This document shows positions 44,918-56,473 of a stretch of 64,000 nt of DNA, one piece after another. The translations under genes were made by a program, and so were the position numbers. The stretch is from Bryobacteraceae bacterium (GTDB lineage: Bacteria > Acidobacteriota > Terriglobia > Bryobacterales > Bryobacteraceae), in the NCBI GenBank assembly GCA_036488895.1, contig DASXGT010000235.1, positions 7,205 to 71,204 on the forward strand. The letters are read 5' to 3'. Position 1 is the stretch's first letter, and every line of letters begins with the position of its first letter. The notes under the pieces were generated by a model that was not told where the DNA came from, searched no databases, and saw only the letters and a list, made by a program, of their open reading frames with translations.

Positions 44918-46896
44918 TGCTTGACCCTCCGGTTCGGCAGAGCCGAATCGCGATCGAAAATGATTTTACATTCCGGGAGTGCGGTTTTCAACGCAAGCAT
45001 TCCCTTTTCCGTGACGAGCGTGTGATACAGGTTCAGCGACTTGAGTCCGGTCATGGATTGCAGCGATTGCGCGCCCTGATCGGTCACGCTAGTTGCATCT
45101 AAACTCAAATTACTAAGCTTGGTGAGCGATTTCAAAGATTCAACGCCTTTGTCGTCCATCGACGTATAGTCCAGTTTCGCGGTCGACAGGTTTTTCAATT
45201 CGGCTAAAGACACGGCGCCTTCGTCTGTCATCCGCGTACGGAATAGCTCAATCCGTTCCAGTTGTTGTAGCGGCTTTAGTGACGCGATTCCGGCATTGGT
45301 TATGCCCGTATGGTTCAAATCTAATTCGCGCAAATTGATGAGCCCAACGATTTGTTTCAGACCGTCGTCGCCTATTTCTGTGCTCGACAGATCCAGTTTC
45401 TCCAAGTGTGTGAGTTTCGAAAGATTTGCCAGCGCGGCATCAGTGATGTCCAGATAACGCAAACGCAGGCTCTGTAGACCCGAAAGCATTCCAATGCCCG
45501 AAAGGCCCTGATCGCCTACGTGTGAACCCGAAATATCTAACTCGCGCAGGTCTTTCAAATCCTTTAAATGTGACAAGCCTGGCCCCTCTACCAGCGTTTC
45601 CGCCAGCCACAGGGTATGCAGATGGCTCAGGGCGGCGAGCTTCGCAACCCCGCTGTCTGAAATAGTGGTGTTGCTGAGATTCAATTCCCGAAGGCCTGTT
45701 AGCCGCTCAATGGACGTCAAACCAAGATCGGAGACCTGGGTGACTTGCAATTCCAGCTTTTCCAGGCGCTGCAGCTTTTCCAGGTTTTTCAGTTGAGCGT
45801 CACTGACCGAAGTGGATGACAAATTAATCGCCGTTAGATGGCCGTCGGCCAACTCTGCGCTTCCACCCATCGCTTTCACCCATGCAGCAATCGCCGAGTC
45901 GGTGGAATCCGCGGGCCGATCCGCCCCGGCCAACTTGGTCTTGGGCAGCGCCGCCCCATCGAACTTGACCTTGGCGGACGGCAGGGCGGCACGCAAGGCT
46001 TCAACGCCATTGGGTGTGACCTGGCTATAACGTACATCGACATCCGACAGCTTTTTCAGCGATTGAAGCTTGGCCAGCCCGGAGTTGGTCACCTTGGTGC
46101 GGTAGAGATTAAGGAGTTCCAGAGATTCCATGCCAGACAAGATATCCATGGATTCATCAGTCGCTTGCGCGCCCAGCAGATTCAAACGGCGCATCGATTT
46201 CAGGCCGCGAAGAGACTCAATCCCTTTATCGGTAACACGCGTTCCCGAAAGGTCCAGTTCTTCAAGGTTGGTCAGGTCTTTTAAATACTTTAAGCCTTCG
46301 TCGGTGACCAGGGTATCGCGCAGCAGCAGGCGCCTCAAATCCTTGAGAGCGGCGAGCCCAGCCATTCCACTATCGCTGAATGGGTTATAGCTTAGATCCA
46401 AATCACGCAGGTTGTGAAAGGCGGAAAAATCGGGCTTGGAGAGACTGCACTGGGAACAGCGCAACTGCTTTAAACCTGACCAGGCAGCCAATTGCTGGAT
46501 ATCTTTGTCTCCCACTTCAATCTCCGCGTTGAAGTGCCAGCCAAAAGCCAATCGTTCAACGGAGGTCAGCGTGGCAAGCGATTGAAACACACCGGTTTTG
46601 TCTTCCTTTCCGGCGCCCGGATTCCAGATTGGGCCTGGAAGATAAAGTTCGCGCAGATGGGTTAGGCCTTCCAGCTTGCGGAGTTCTACCGGGTGCATCA
46701 CAGCGGCGGTCAGGTCGATCGCCTTGATGTGGAATTCGCCCGGCGGCAGTTGTGAAACGTCATACAAGGGCCGGTTTGCGCCCTCCAGGACGACACTGCC
46801 CTCCCAGCGCAGCACCCATTCGGCGACCGCGCGTTCGTCCGCGCCATGCGCCGCGACCGTAAAGAGAAAAAATGCTGCAATGAGTTGGCGCATCAC
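44914..46896 (-). CDS. Secreted leucine-rich repeat protein (RNI-like LRR), large
   Basis: 660 aa with a signal peptide and about 20 LRR units of the same type. Its stop overlaps the start of the 333-aa LRR gene (ATGA). Confidence 0.85.
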   Translation of the reverse strand: MMRQLIAAFFLFTVAAHGADERAVAEWVLRWEGSVVLEGANRPLYDVSQLPPGEFHIKAIDLTAAVMHPVELRKLEGLTHLRELYLPGPIWNPGAGKEDKTGVFQSLATLTSVERLAFGWHFNAEIEVGDKDIQQLAAWSGLKQLRCSQCSLSKPDFSAFHNLRDLDLSYNPFSDSGMAGLAALKDLRRLLLRDTLVTDEGLKYLKDLTNLEELDLSGTRVTDKGIESLRGLKSMRRLNLLGAQATDESMDILSGMESLELLNLYRTKVTNSGLAKLQSLKKLSDVDVRYSQVTPNGVEALRAALPSAKVKFDGAALPKTKLAGADRPADSTDSAIAAWVKAMGGSAELADGHLTAINLSSTSVSDAQLKNLEKLQRLEKLELQVTQVSDLGLTSIERLTGLRELNLSNTTISDSGVAKLAALSHLHTLWLAETLVEGPGLSHLKDLKDLRELDISGSHVGDQGLSGIGMLSGLQSLRLRYLDITDAALANLSKLTHLEKLDLSSTEIGDDGLKQIVGLINLRELDLNHTGITNAGIASLKPLQQLERIELFRTRMTDEGAVSLAELKNLSTAKLDYTSMDDKGVESLKSLTKLSNLSLDATSVTDQGAQSLQSMTGLKSLNLYHTLVTEKGMLALKTALPECKIIFDRDSALPNRRVKQ

Positions 46897-46961
46897 GCGT
46901 TATTCTACTGAAGATGCTGCCGGTGGGGCAAAAACCGCCGATTCCGCTGTGAGGAGTACCT

Positions 46962-49004
46962 TTGCTGAGACGGCTTATCTTGATTGGATTTGCGGGTAGC
47001 GCCCTATGGGCGCAGAGCGGAAATTTCCAAACCACCCTCTACCCGATTCTGGAAAAAGCAAATTGCCGCGCCTGTCACAACACGGAGGGGGTGGCCTCCG
47101 CCACACGCTTGCATTTTCCGGAGGTTGATGCTCCGGCGGCTAAGATCGAAGCCTTTGGAAACTCGTTGGTAACGCTGGTGGACCGTGACCACCCGGAATC
47201 GTCGCTCTTGTTTAGGAAGCCCACGGCGCGCATTCCGCACACAGGGGGCGAGCGCATTAAACCCGGCAGCCCGGAAGAAGCCGTGCTCAAAACATGGATC
47301 GCCAGATTAGCCAAGCTTTCGGGGGCTGATCTCGCGACGGCCCTCCGGTACCGCGAACTGGAAAATGCCGGTGGCGGCATGGCGGCGCCGGATGCCGAAT
47401 TGCGTCGTCTGACGCACAGCCAGTACAATCACACGGTCCGCGATTTGCTTGGCGACCAAACCTCCCCGGCGAACCAGTTTCCGCCGGAGGACTTCATCAA
47501 TGGATTTCGGAATCAGTCGCGCGGCCAGAGCCTTTCTCCTCTGCTAGTAGAGGCCTACAGTGCGGCAGCGGAAAAGCTCGCGCGCTCAGCCTTCCGCGGC
47601 GGCGATACGCACGGCTTGATTCCCTGCAAACCCTCGGCTGCGTGCCGTGTCCGCTTCGTGCGGGAATTTGGGAAAAAGGCCTTCCGGCGTCCGTTGGAGG
47701 CCGGGGAGCAGCAACGCTACGAAGCGCTAATGGCGAATGACCCTGATTTCTTAAAAGGCGCTCAGTTGGTGGTAGAGGCCATGCTGCAATCGCCCAATTT
47801 CCTTTTCTGGCTGGATTCAACTCCTGACCCGAAATTAAAGCCCTGGGCAACCGCCAGCAGACTCGCGTATTCCCTGTGGGACACCATGCCCAACGCGGAA
47901 CTGTTTGCCGCCGCTGAACGAGGCGATCTTGGGACTCGCGCCGGTGTGGAGAAAACGGCTCGGCGTATGCTGGCCGATCCGCACGCCCACGATTCGCTGG
48001 ATGAATTCGTGAGTCAATGGCTTCGTTTCGACCGGCTGCTAACGGCGAGTAAGGACCGGCGTAAATTTCCACTTTACACGCGTGAGACCGCCAATGCCAT
48101 GACCACGGAAGCGCGTATGTTTGTCTCTGACTTGGTCTGGAATGATGGCGATTTCATGACGCTCTTTACAGCGAAGTACGGCTACGTCAGCCCCGAGCTA
48201 GCCCGTATTTATGGCGTAACGGCCCCTGCGAAGGACTTTGATCGGGTTCCGTTCCCTGCTAATTCAGAACGCGCCGGCATCCTGGGGCAAGGCCTCTTTC
48301 TAGCGCTCACTGCGAAACCGGATGATTCCTCGCCCACTGCGCGTGGCCTGTTTGTGCGGGAGCAGTTTCTTTGCCAGCATGTGCCCGATCCCCCGCCGGG
48401 CGTGAACACGAACCTGCCGCCGGTGACTGAGGCCAAACCGCAAACCAATCGCGACCGCATGTCCGAACACACCACCAACGCCTCGTGCGCCACCTGCCAC
48501 AAGTTGATGGATGGAGTCGGTTTTGGTCTTGAGAAATTTGATGCCGTGGGCGCGCGTCGCGATCGGTTAACGCTGGAATTCCGCGGCGCGGCAAAAGAGG
48601 GAAAAGAGGGAGAGGACCGTAGCCATCATCTGGCTGCGCGCACGGTGACCCTGCCGCTCGATACAACCGCGTTCGTGGCTGGAATTCCCGATTCGCAGTT
48701 TACTTCGCCTTTGGAACTGGGTGCGATTCTTGCGAAAAGTTCCCAGTGTCAGGAATGCGTCGTCAAACAGTATTTTCGTTTTCAGGCCGGAAGACCAGAT
48801 GCGGCAGTGGATCGCCCGCTCATCCGGAGTGTCTCTGAAAATTTTCGCAATTCCGGTTTTCGCTTTAAAGAGCTTATAGTGTCTTTAATGGTCCAGAGAG
48901 AGTTTTCAGCCGCCGATTCGCGTCAAAGCGACTCGAGCCAAGGTCAATCCGGCCCAAGCCGAAAGGGTTTACAGCATGTCTCAGATAATCACGGATCGCG
49001 TTAG
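46962..49004 (+). CDS. DUF1587/DUF1592/DUF1595/DUF1588/DUF1585-type protein with N-terminal CxxCH
   Basis: 680 aa with a signal peptide, CRACH near the N-terminus, [17 protein letters not shown] (DUF1587-type) and a second CATCH. TTG start with GAGGAG RBS. Confidence 0.75.
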   Translation: MLRRLILIGFAGSALWAQSGNFQTTLYPILEKANCRACHNTEGVASATRLHFPEVDAPAAKIEAFGNSLVTLVDRDHPESSLLFRKPTARIPHTGGERIKPGSPEEAVLKTWIARLAKLSGADLATALRYRELENAGGGMAAPDAELRRLTHSQYNHTVRDLLGDQTSPANQFPPEDFINGFRNQSRGQSLSPLLVEAYSAAAEKLARSAFRGGDTHGLIPCKPSAACRVRFVREFGKKAFRRPLEAGEQQRYEALMANDPDFLKGAQLVVEAMLQSPNFLFWLDSTPDPKLKPWATASRLAYSLWDTMPNAELFAAAERGDLGTRAGVEKTARRMLADPHAHDSLDEFVSQWLRFDRLLTASKDRRKFPLYTRETANAMTTEARMFVSDLVWNDGDFMTLFTAKYGYVSPELARIYGVTAPAKDFDRVPFPANSERAGILGQGLFLALTAKPDDSSPTARGLFVREQFLCQHVPDPPPGVNTNLPPVTEAKPQTNRDRMSEHTTNASCATCHKLMDGVGFGLEKFDAVGARRDRLTLEFRGAAKEGKEGEDRSHHLAARTVTLPLDTTAFVAGIPDSQFTSPLELGAILAKSSQCQECVVKQYFRFQAGRPDAAVDRPLIRSVSENFRNSGFRFKELIVSLMVQREFSAADSRQSDSSQGQSGPSRKGLQHVSDNHGSR

Positions 49005-50328
49005 AACGTCCCGCCGGTCACTGTTGAAAGGGCTTACGGCCGCAGGTGCGCGGATTGTCGTTGGTTTGCCGCCGCTCGTGTCCATGTTCAACTCTTTGGG
49101 AACAGCCTACTCTGCTACATCCGAGGCCGGCACGGTGAGCGCAGGCGCGGTGGAAAAGCCGATTGAGAGCCGCTTTGTTCTCTGGTTCAACGGCAATGGT
49201 ATTCCGGAGCGCTACTGGATTCCCTCTGAAGAAGGCACGGACTACGAGTTGACGCCCTGTCTGGCCCCGCTTGCCCCGTGGCGCAAAGATGTCCATGTGC
49301 TGAGCGGAGTAGATAACGCCGCCGCCAGCGGTAAAGGCAATGGCCACACGAACTCAATGAGCGGCCTAATGACCGGTATGGATTTTACCGGCCGCGGCCC
49401 CAGTGGACCCTCCATCGACCAGATTATAGCCGGCAAGATCGGTGGAAATTCCCGCTTCCGCTCGCTGCAGATCGGCGTGGCGCAAGAATCGTTTGGCGAG
49501 AGCATGCAGCGCAATATGAGCTGGGCCGGATATGAGCGCGCGCTGCCGCCGGAGATGATTCCGCACCGGCTGTTTGACCGGCTGTTCGGTGCGCAGGAAG
49601 AAGGTTGGGTCAACCGCAAGCGCAGTATTCTTGACACGGTTCTGGCGGACGCTTCGGCGTTGGAGAAAAAGCTGCCAGGCGATGACAAGACCCGGGTAGA
49701 CGAACATCTTTCGGGGATACGCGATCTGGAGCGCTCCATCGCCGGGCTGCCCCCGGAATATCACCGCGTGGAAGCGCCGGACTTTGATGGAGACATGAAG
49801 GACTGGCCGCGTATCGCCAAACTGCAAAGCGACCTGTTAGTGCAAGCGCTCGCCATGCGGCAGACGCGCGTGGCTTCTTATATGTTGACGAAGTGCCAAA
49901 GCCTGACGCGCTTCCCGTGGCTTGGATATACCTCCGCGCGCCATCATGATTACACGCACGCCGGAAACAAAACCTCAGGAGCGGACAGCGCTGACGGCAT
50001 GCACGTGCTGCGCGACATTTGCCGCTGGCATGTAGAGGAGTTTGCGTATCTAGTGGCGAAGTTGGAATCAGTTCCTGAGGGCGATGGAAATCTGTTCGAC
50101 CACACCAGCCTGATTTTCGCGCATGAGCACGCCGAAGCCAATCCGCACAAAAATAGCGGTTTGGCGATGATCGTGGCCGGCGGAAGTAAGAAGCTGGCTA
50201 AAGGCGCGCATACCAGGGTGACCGGAACGGTCGGCGACGTTTACGTGACCGTGGCTGATGAAGTAGTCGGCGCAGGTATCGGCAAATTTCCGACTGCCAC
50301 GAAGAAGCTCGACGCTCTGTTAACTTAA
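48976..50328 (+). CDS. DUF1552 domain protein with twin-arginine signal
   Basis: 450 aa with Tat-like leader [14 protein letters not shown] and a [14 protein letters not shown] block. It overlaps the upstream gene by 29 nt. I recall DUF1592-type and DUF1552 genes as typical partners. Confidence 0.75.
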   Translation: MSQIITDRVRTSRRSLLKGLTAAGARIVVGLPPLVSMFNSLGTAYSATSEAGTVSAGAVEKPIESRFVLWFNGNGIPERYWIPSEEGTDYELTPCLAPLAPWRKDVHVLSGVDNAAASGKGNGHTNSMSGLMTGMDFTGRGPSGPSIDQIIAGKIGGNSRFRSLQIGVAQESFGESMQRNMSWAGYERALPPEMIPHRLFDRLFGAQEEGWVNRKRSILDTVLADASALEKKLPGDDKTRVDEHLSGIRDLERSIAGLPPEYHRVEAPDFDGDMKDWPRIAKLQSDLLVQALAMRQTRVASYMLTKCQSLTRFPWLGYTSARHHDYTHAGNKTSGADSADGMHVLRDICRWHVEEFAYLVAKLESVPEGDGNLFDHTSLIFAHEHAEANPHKNSGLAMIVAGGSKKLAKGAHTRVTGTVGDVYVTVADEVVGAGIGKFPTATKKLDALLT

Positions 50329-50449
50329 AAAACTCCGCGCAACGCGCCATAATAGCCACTCCCGTTCACATTCCGCGAGATTTCTAAAACAAGTATCAGG
50401 TGGATACTGTGTCGATAGTTCTGATAGCCTGTGTAAACGGTCCATTGGC

Positions 50450-53400
50450 ATGTCTCTACCTTGCCTCAGTCAACGGCAGCGCTTGACACTCCGGCCAGCC
50501 ACTCCACTGCTAGTGCTGTTGCTACTCTCAGCCGGGAATCTTCGCGCCGGCGTCGATTTCAACCGGGACATCCGGCCTATTTTTTCTGACAAGTGTTTTA
50601 CCTGTCACGGCCCCGATGCGGCAAAGCGGAAAACAAAAATGCGTCTCGACATCGAGTCGACGGCCAAAATAGAATTGACGGGCGGCCGCCGCTCAATTGT
50701 TCCGGGTCATCCGGAAGCAAGCGAAATATTCCGCCGTATCAGTTCCGAAGACAAGTCGGTACGCATGCCGCCTGCCTATTTAGGACGCGACAAGCTGAGC
50801 CTGCATGAGATTGAACTGGTGAAAGAGTGGATTGCACAGGGCGCTGCATGGCAGCCGTTTTGGTCTTTCATTCCGCCAAAACGTCCGCCGATTCCCGTAT
50901 TTCAGGATGGAAGTTGGGTTCGAAATCCAATTGATGCCTTCGTTCTGAACCGGCTAAATAAAGAGGGATTGCATCCATCTCCAGAAGCCGATAAACGGAC
51001 TTTGATCCGGCGTGTCACCCTGGACATAACGGGTTTGCCGCCGGCGCTTTCGGAAATCAATGCATACCTAGCCGATCAATCGCCCGGCGCTTACGAGAAA
51101 GTAGTGGACCGGCTGCTGGCATCTCCGCGTTATGCCGAACGGATGGCTTTCCGATGGATGGAAGCCGCCAGGTATGGCGACACCAATGGGTACCAGACAG
51201 ATGGCCCGCGCGAAATGTGGCGTTGGCGCGATTGGGTACTCGATGCGTTTAATCAAAACATGCCGTTCGATCAATTCACGGTGGAACAGCTGGCTGGTGA
51301 TTTGCTTCCAAATCCAACTTTGCCTCAACGGATTGCCACCGGTTTCAATCGCAACCATCGCACCAGTGGCGAAGGCGGCATCATTCCCGAGGAGTACCGC
51401 GTCGAATATGTAGCGGACCGCGCTCAGACTACTTCGACCGTCTGGATGGGTTTGACCATGGGTTGCGCCCGCTGCCACGATCATAAATACGATCCAATCC
51501 TGCAAAAGGATTTTTACCGCCTCTTCGCGTACTTCAATAACATCCCGAATGAAAAAGGCTTTTCCTATAACTACGGAAATGAAGAGCCTTACATCAAAGC
51601 GCCTTTGCCGGCGCAACAAGTGAGACTTGCCGATCTTGACAAGCGTGTTGCGGAAGCCGCGGCGCACTATCAAGCGTGGCAGAAGCCGCTGCGGCAGCAA
51701 GAGCAGCGTTGGGAAAAACATATTCAAGGTAAATGGAACGATTGGACGATTGACGACGGGTTACAATTTCGAGCCAAGCCCCTGGTCTCGCTGGATGGCA
51801 AGCGTTCTGTAGATACGCCTGGCGACAAAAAGGTGGCTTATTTCAACTATCTCGATCCATTTACGATTTCAGCTTTCATCAATCCCAAGAGCCTGGAGGG
51901 AGGTATCGTTTCCAGGTCAGAGGACTACGCGGAAGGAACGGGGCAAGGGCTTTACCTGTTGAACGGCAAGCTGCGGGTGCATATCATCCACCGCTGGACC
52001 GATCTGGGCATACGGCTTGAGACGTATCAGTCTCTCAAAGCGAACCAATGGCAACACGTAGCCGTCACCTATGACGGCAAACGCAAAGCCGCGGGCATTC
52101 ATGTTTATATCGATGGAGTAGAACAAAAGACCAACATTCTCTTTGATCAGTTAAACGAGCCATTTCACGTTCCGGCGGAGACGCCAATCCGCATCGGTGC
52201 TGCCGGCGGAAAGCACTTCCTAGGGGATATTCGTGACGTTCGCATCTACGGTCGAGCTCTGAATGCCGAAGAATCGGAAGCCGTATCGGCAAGCGACGAT
52301 CTGGAAAAGATTGCTGCAATTCCGGAGACTGAGCGCAGTGCACCGCAGCGGGCAAAGATACGGCTAGCGTTTCTAGCAAACGGAGCATCTCCGCAATTGA
52401 AGGCTGCCCGCGCTCAGCTATTAACGGCGCAATTGGACCGCCAGCGCTTCTACGATTCCATTCCTACCGTCATGGTGATGGTGGAGGATCCCAAAGCGCG
52501 CGAATCTTTCCTACTCGAGCGTGGCGCTTACGACAAACAGGGTGAGAAATTAGTTCCCGGTCTACCCGCGGTACTTCCACAGCCGCCCGCTGAATGGCCG
52601 AATAACCGGCTTGGGCTGGCGAAGTGGATTGCTGCCCGCACAAATCCACTTACCGCTCGAGTAGCCGTGAATCGCTACTGGCAATCCTATTTTGGATTCG
52701 GCATCGTGAAGACCGTGGACGACTTCGGATCACAGGGCGAGTGGCCGGTCAACCCGGAGTTGCTGGATTGGCTGGCCGTCGAATTTATGGATTCCGGCTG
52801 GAACGTAAAGGCGATGCAACGGCTGATTGTTACCAGCGCCACTTATCGTCAAAGTTCGAAAATCACGCGTTTATTACTTGAGAAAGATCCTGATAACCGC
52901 TTGCTTGCTCGCGGGCCTCGTTTCCGGTTGGGCCCGGAAGTCATTCGCGATTCAGCTTTGGAGGCAGCCGGCTTGTTGACCGACAAACTCGGCGGACCGT
53001 CAGTGAAGCCCTACCAGCCGCCGGGGCTATGGCAGGAGTTGGCGGGCGGAGATGGGTACATACAAGATAAAGGATCTGCGCTCTACCGCCGGAGCCTATA
53101 CACATATTGGAAACGCACCGTGGCGCCTCCATTCATGGCTAATTTTGATTCGCCGAATCGCGAAGTGTGTACGGTCTATGAGAATCGCACCGACACTCCT
53201 TTGCAGGCGCTAAATTTGATGAACGATGTTACTTTCCTGGAAGCATCTCGCAAGCTGGCGGAACGAATGTTAGTCGAAGGGGGTAATTCCGCGCAATCGC
53301 GCATCGATTACGGCTTCACCCTTTTACTAGCGCGGCCCGCGAGCGACGCCGAACGTAAAGTGGTGGAGAAAACGTTGAACACGTTTGAGGCCAAGTATCG

Positions 53401-53542
53401 CGCTAACAAAGACCTCGCGGAACAGTATTTAAATTACGGTGACGCTCCCCGCGATCACGCGCTGGATCCCTCGGAATTAGCCGCGTACACTACGGTAGCG
53501 AGCCTTCTGTTCAACTTGGACGCCACCGTCAATAAGGAATAA
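50450..53542 (+). CDS. PSCyt1-DUF1549-LamG-DUF1553 (PSD1) giant protein
   Basis: 1030 aa with N-terminal DFNRDIRPIFSDKCFTCHGPD, a central CARCHDHKYDP motif, and a LamG/ConA-like insert (...LYLLNGKLRVHI...WQHVAVTYDG...IRDVRIYGRAL). Confidence 0.85.
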   Translation: MSLPCLSQRQRLTLRPATPLLVLLLLSAGNLRAGVDFNRDIRPIFSDKCFTCHGPDAAKRKTKMRLDIESTAKIELTGGRRSIVPGHPEASEIFRRISSEDKSVRMPPAYLGRDKLSLHEIELVKEWIAQGAAWQPFWSFIPPKRPPIPVFQDGSWVRNPIDAFVLNRLNKEGLHPSPEADKRTLIRRVTLDITGLPPALSEINAYLADQSPGAYEKVVDRLLASPRYAERMAFRWMEAARYGDTNGYQTDGPREMWRWRDWVLDAFNQNMPFDQFTVEQLAGDLLPNPTLPQRIATGFNRNHRTSGEGGIIPEEYRVEYVADRAQTTSTVWMGLTMGCARCHDHKYDPILQKDFYRLFAYFNNIPNEKGFSYNYGNEEPYIKAPLPAQQVRLADLDKRVAEAAAHYQAWQKPLRQQEQRWEKHIQGKWNDWTIDDGLQFRAKPLVSLDGKRSVDTPGDKKVAYFNYLDPFTISAFINPKSLEGGIVSRSEDYAEGTGQGLYLLNGKLRVHIIHRWTDLGIRLETYQSLKANQWQHVAVTYDGKRKAAGIHVYIDGVEQKTNILFDQLNEPFHVPAETPIRIGAAGGKHFLGDIRDVRIYGRALNAEESEAVSASDDLEKIAAIPETERSAPQRAKIRLAFLANGASPQLKAARAQLLTAQLDRQRFYDSIPTVMVMVEDPKARESFLLERGAYDKQGEKLVPGLPAVLPQPPAEWPNNRLGLAKWIAARTNPLTARVAVNRYWQSYFGFGIVKTVDDFGSQGEWPVNPELLDWLAVEFMDSGWNVKAMQRLIVTSATYRQSSKITRLLLEKDPDNRLLARGPRFRLGPEVIRDSALEAAGLLTDKLGGPSVKPYQPPGLWQELAGGDGYIQDKGSALYRRSLYTYWKRTVAPPFMANFDSPNREVCTVYENRTDTPLQALNLMNDVTFLEASRKLAERMLVEGGNSAQSRIDYGFTLLLARPASDAERKVVEKTLNTFEAKYRANKDLAEQYLNYGDAPRDHALDPSELAAYTTVASLLFNLDATVNKE

Positions 53543-53553
53543 AGGAAGTACTT

Positions 53554-55008
53554 ATGCCGTGTTGCCATTCGAACGACGACGACCTTCGCATCACCCGGAG
53601 GCATTTCTTTGGTCTGCAATCCACCGGAATCGGTGTTGCGGCGTTAGCCTCTCTACTCGGACCCAAATTGAATGGCGCCGAGCCGGTGAAGGGACAAGCC
53701 GGGTTGCCTGGATTCCCCAATTTCGCGCCGAAGGCCAAACGGGTGATCTACCTATTTCAATCCGGCGGACCGTCGCAATTTGAGCTGTTCGATCATAAAC
53801 CTCGTTTAAGGGAATTCCAGGGCACAGATTTACCCGATTCCATTCGCGGCGGCCAGCGCCTCACGGGGATGTCCGCCTCTCAATCCAGCTTTCCGGTAGT
53901 GCCATCCAAGTTTTCGTTTGAGCAGCGTGGAAAATCAGGCGCCTGGGTGAGTGAACTCTTGCCGTATACCGCGCGGATTGCGGATGATCTTACCTTTATC
54001 AAAACCGTCAATACGGAAGAGATCAATCATGATCCGGCAGTAACGATGGCCCAGACTGGCTTCCGTCTGGGCGGACGCCCCAGCATGGGTGCTTGGATTT
54101 CTTACGGCCTGGGGTGCGAAACGCAGGATCTGCCGGCCTTTGTTGTGATGATTTCCTCCGCTGGCGGAGGCCAACCGCTGTACGATCGCCTTTGGGGCAC
54201 CGCGTTCCTGCCCAGCCGTTATCAGGGTGTGAAATTCCGTTCCGCCGGCGATCCCGTGCTGTACCTTTCCGATCCCAAAGGCTTCGACGGTTCAGACCGG
54301 CGGCATTTTCTGGATGCTGTGAATCAACTGGACAAACTGGAACTGCGGGAATTCGGCGATCCCGAAACGGAAGCCCGCATTTCGCAATATGAGATGGCGT
54401 ACCGAATGCAGAGTTCGGTACCCGAGTTAACAGACATTTCCAAAGAGCCCGCTCGCGATATTGAAGCCTACGGACCGGACGTAAAAAAACCGGGTACATT
54501 CGCGGCCAATTGCCTGCTGGCGCGCCGCCTTGCGGAACGCGGGGTGCGCTTTATTCAGCTTTACCATCGCGATTGGGATCACCACGCTGGATTGCCGGAG
54601 GCCTTGCCGAAACGTTGCAAAGATGTGGATCAACCATCAGCCGCATTGATCCAGGACTTGAAACAACGTGGATTATTGGACGATACCCTAGTGATCTGGG
54701 GTGGGGAATTCGGGCGAACCGTCTACTGCCAGGGCCGTCTGACTGCCACCGATTATGGTCGTGACCATCACGGCCGCTGTTTCACGGTCTGGATGGTTGG
54801 CGGCGGAATCAAACCCGGAATCACTTATGGTGAGACCGACGAATATGGTTACAACATTGTCAAAGATCCGGTGCACGTCCACGATATGCAGGCAACAATC
54901 TTGCAATGCTTAGGCATAGATCATACGAAGCTTACCTTTCAATTCCAGGGGCGCCATTTTCGCTTGACGGATGTTGCAGGCAAAATTATTCAGCCGATTC
55001 TCGTTTGA
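53554..55008 (+). CDS. DUF1501 (sulfatase/phosphatase-superfamily-like) protein with Tat signal
   Basis: 484 aa with leader TRRHFFGLQSTGIGVAALA, then the FLFQSGGPSQ.. and ...WGGEFGRT... blocks that I recall as typical of DUF1501. Confidence 0.85.
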   Translation: MPCCHSNDDDLRITRRHFFGLQSTGIGVAALASLLGPKLNGAEPVKGQAGLPGFPNFAPKAKRVIYLFQSGGPSQFELFDHKPRLREFQGTDLPDSIRGGQRLTGMSASQSSFPVVPSKFSFEQRGKSGAWVSELLPYTARIADDLTFIKTVNTEEINHDPAVTMAQTGFRLGGRPSMGAWISYGLGCETQDLPAFVVMISSAGGGQPLYDRLWGTAFLPSRYQGVKFRSAGDPVLYLSDPKGFDGSDRRHFLDAVNQLDKLELREFGDPETEARISQYEMAYRMQSSVPELTDISKEPARDIEAYGPDVKKPGTFAANCLLARRLAERGVRFIQLYHRDWDHHAGLPEALPKRCKDVDQPSAALIQDLKQRGLLDDTLVIWGGEFGRTVYCQGRLTATDYGRDHHGRCFTVWMVGGGIKPGITYGETDEYGYNIVKDPVHVHDMQATILQCLGIDHTKLTFQFQGRHFRLTDVAGKIIQPILV

Positions 55009-55067
55009 GCGTTGGATTTCCAATCAGAAACCCCCCTCGCTTCCAGAGTGGTCAGATCGATAGTGTT

Positions 55068-56462
55068 TTAGGCCATAATGTCGTGCACAACGTTGCCGGC
55101 TACGTCGGTCAGACGGAAATCCCGGCCGCTGTAGCGGTAGGTCAGCTTGGTATGCTCCAAGCCCAGCAGCGCCAAAATTGTGGCGTGCAGATCGTGAATG
55201 TGGACCGGGTTCTCCACCGCCTTGAAGCCAAAGTCGTCGGTTGCTCCATAGGTGATGCCGGGCTTTACGCCGCCGCCCGCCAGTAACGTCGAGAAGCCGT
55301 GATTGTTGTGGTCGCGGCCATTTTGATACTTGACCAGTCCGCTTACTTCCACCACGGGAGTGCGGCCGAACTCACCGCCTATGACAACCAGGGTTTCGTT
55401 CAGAAGGCCGCTGGCCTTGAGGTCCTGCAGCAGAGCGGCAATCGGAGCATCGGCCTTATCAGCGAGATCCCGGTGAATCAGGATGTCATCGTGATTGTCC
55501 CAAGGCTGTCCATTCCCGAAATAGACTTGGACCATGCGGACGCCTTTTTCCACCAGGCGGCGGGCCATCAGACAGCCGCGCCCGAAATCTCCATCGCCAT
55601 AGCGGGCCCGCACCTCAGGCGATTCCTTCGTAATGTCAAAAACCTCCGGCGCCTCGGTCTGCATGCGATAGGCAATTTCGGCGGACTGAATGGTGGCCTC
55701 CAGTTGCGGATCGTGGCCTTCTCGCTTCATCTGAATCTCGGCCAGTTGATCGAGCAGATCCAACTGCCGGCGCTGCTCCACCTGCGTCGTACTGGTGTTC
55801 TTGATGTAGCGAATGAGTTTATCGGGAGTTTTCTCGTTGTTTGGGATATAAGTGCCCTGGTGGATCGCGGGAAGAAAGGCTGACGTCCAAAGCTGCGGCC
55901 CTACAATCGGATACCCCGGACAGAGCACGACAAAGCCGGGCAGATTCTGATTCACCGAGCCAAGGCCGTAGGTTAACCACGATCCCATGGAGGGGCGGCC
56001 GGGAACGCGATTGCCGCAGTTCATCATGAAGAGCGACGGTTCGTGATTGGGGATGTCGGTATACATGGAGCGGATCACGCACACGTCGTCAATACACGAG
56101 CCGAGCTTAGGGAAAATTTCGCTGACTTCGATGCCGCTCTGCCCGTATTTTTTGAAGCTGAATGGCGATCCGAGCAGGTCGCCGGTTTTGCGCTCCGTCT
56201 TCAGATTGGAGGAAGGCATCGGCTTGCCGTTATATTTCTGAAGCAGCGGCTTGGGGTCAAACGTATCCACCTGGGAAGGGCCGCCATTCAGAAACAGGAA
56301 GATGACGTGTTTGGCCTTCGCCGGGAAATGGGGAGATTTAGGCGCGAGCGGCCCAGCATAGGCCGCCGGAGTTTCAGCCGCATCGGCATGCGAAAGAAGG
56401 CCGGCAAAACCAGCCATGCCGAAGCCGCCGCCCATGGTACGGAGAATTTCTCGTCGCGTCAT
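55068..56462 (-). CDS. DUF1501 protein with Tat signal (paralog)
   Basis: 464 aa with leader MTRREILRTMGGGFGMAGFAGLL and the same conserved blocks (FLFLNGGPSQVDTFDPKP, IGGEFGRTP). Confidence 0.85.
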   Translation of the reverse strand: MTRREILRTMGGGFGMAGFAGLLSHADAAETPAAYAGPLAPKSPHFPAKAKHVIFLFLNGGPSQVDTFDPKPLLQKYNGKPMPSSNLKTERKTGDLLGSPFSFKKYGQSGIEVSEIFPKLGSCIDDVCVIRSMYTDIPNHEPSLFMMNCGNRVPGRPSMGSWLTYGLGSVNQNLPGFVVLCPGYPIVGPQLWTSAFLPAIHQGTYIPNNEKTPDKLIRYIKNTSTTQVEQRRQLDLLDQLAEIQMKREGHDPQLEATIQSAEIAYRMQTEAPEVFDITKESPEVRARYGDGDFGRGCLMARRLVEKGVRMVQVYFGNGQPWDNHDDILIHRDLADKADAPIAALLQDLKASGLLNETLVVIGGEFGRTPVVEVSGLVKYQNGRDHNNHGFSTLLAGGGVKPGITYGATDDFGFKAVENPVHIHDLHATILALLGLEHTKLTYRYSGRDFRLTDVAGNVVHDIMA

Positions 56463-56473
56463 TTTTCCATCTC

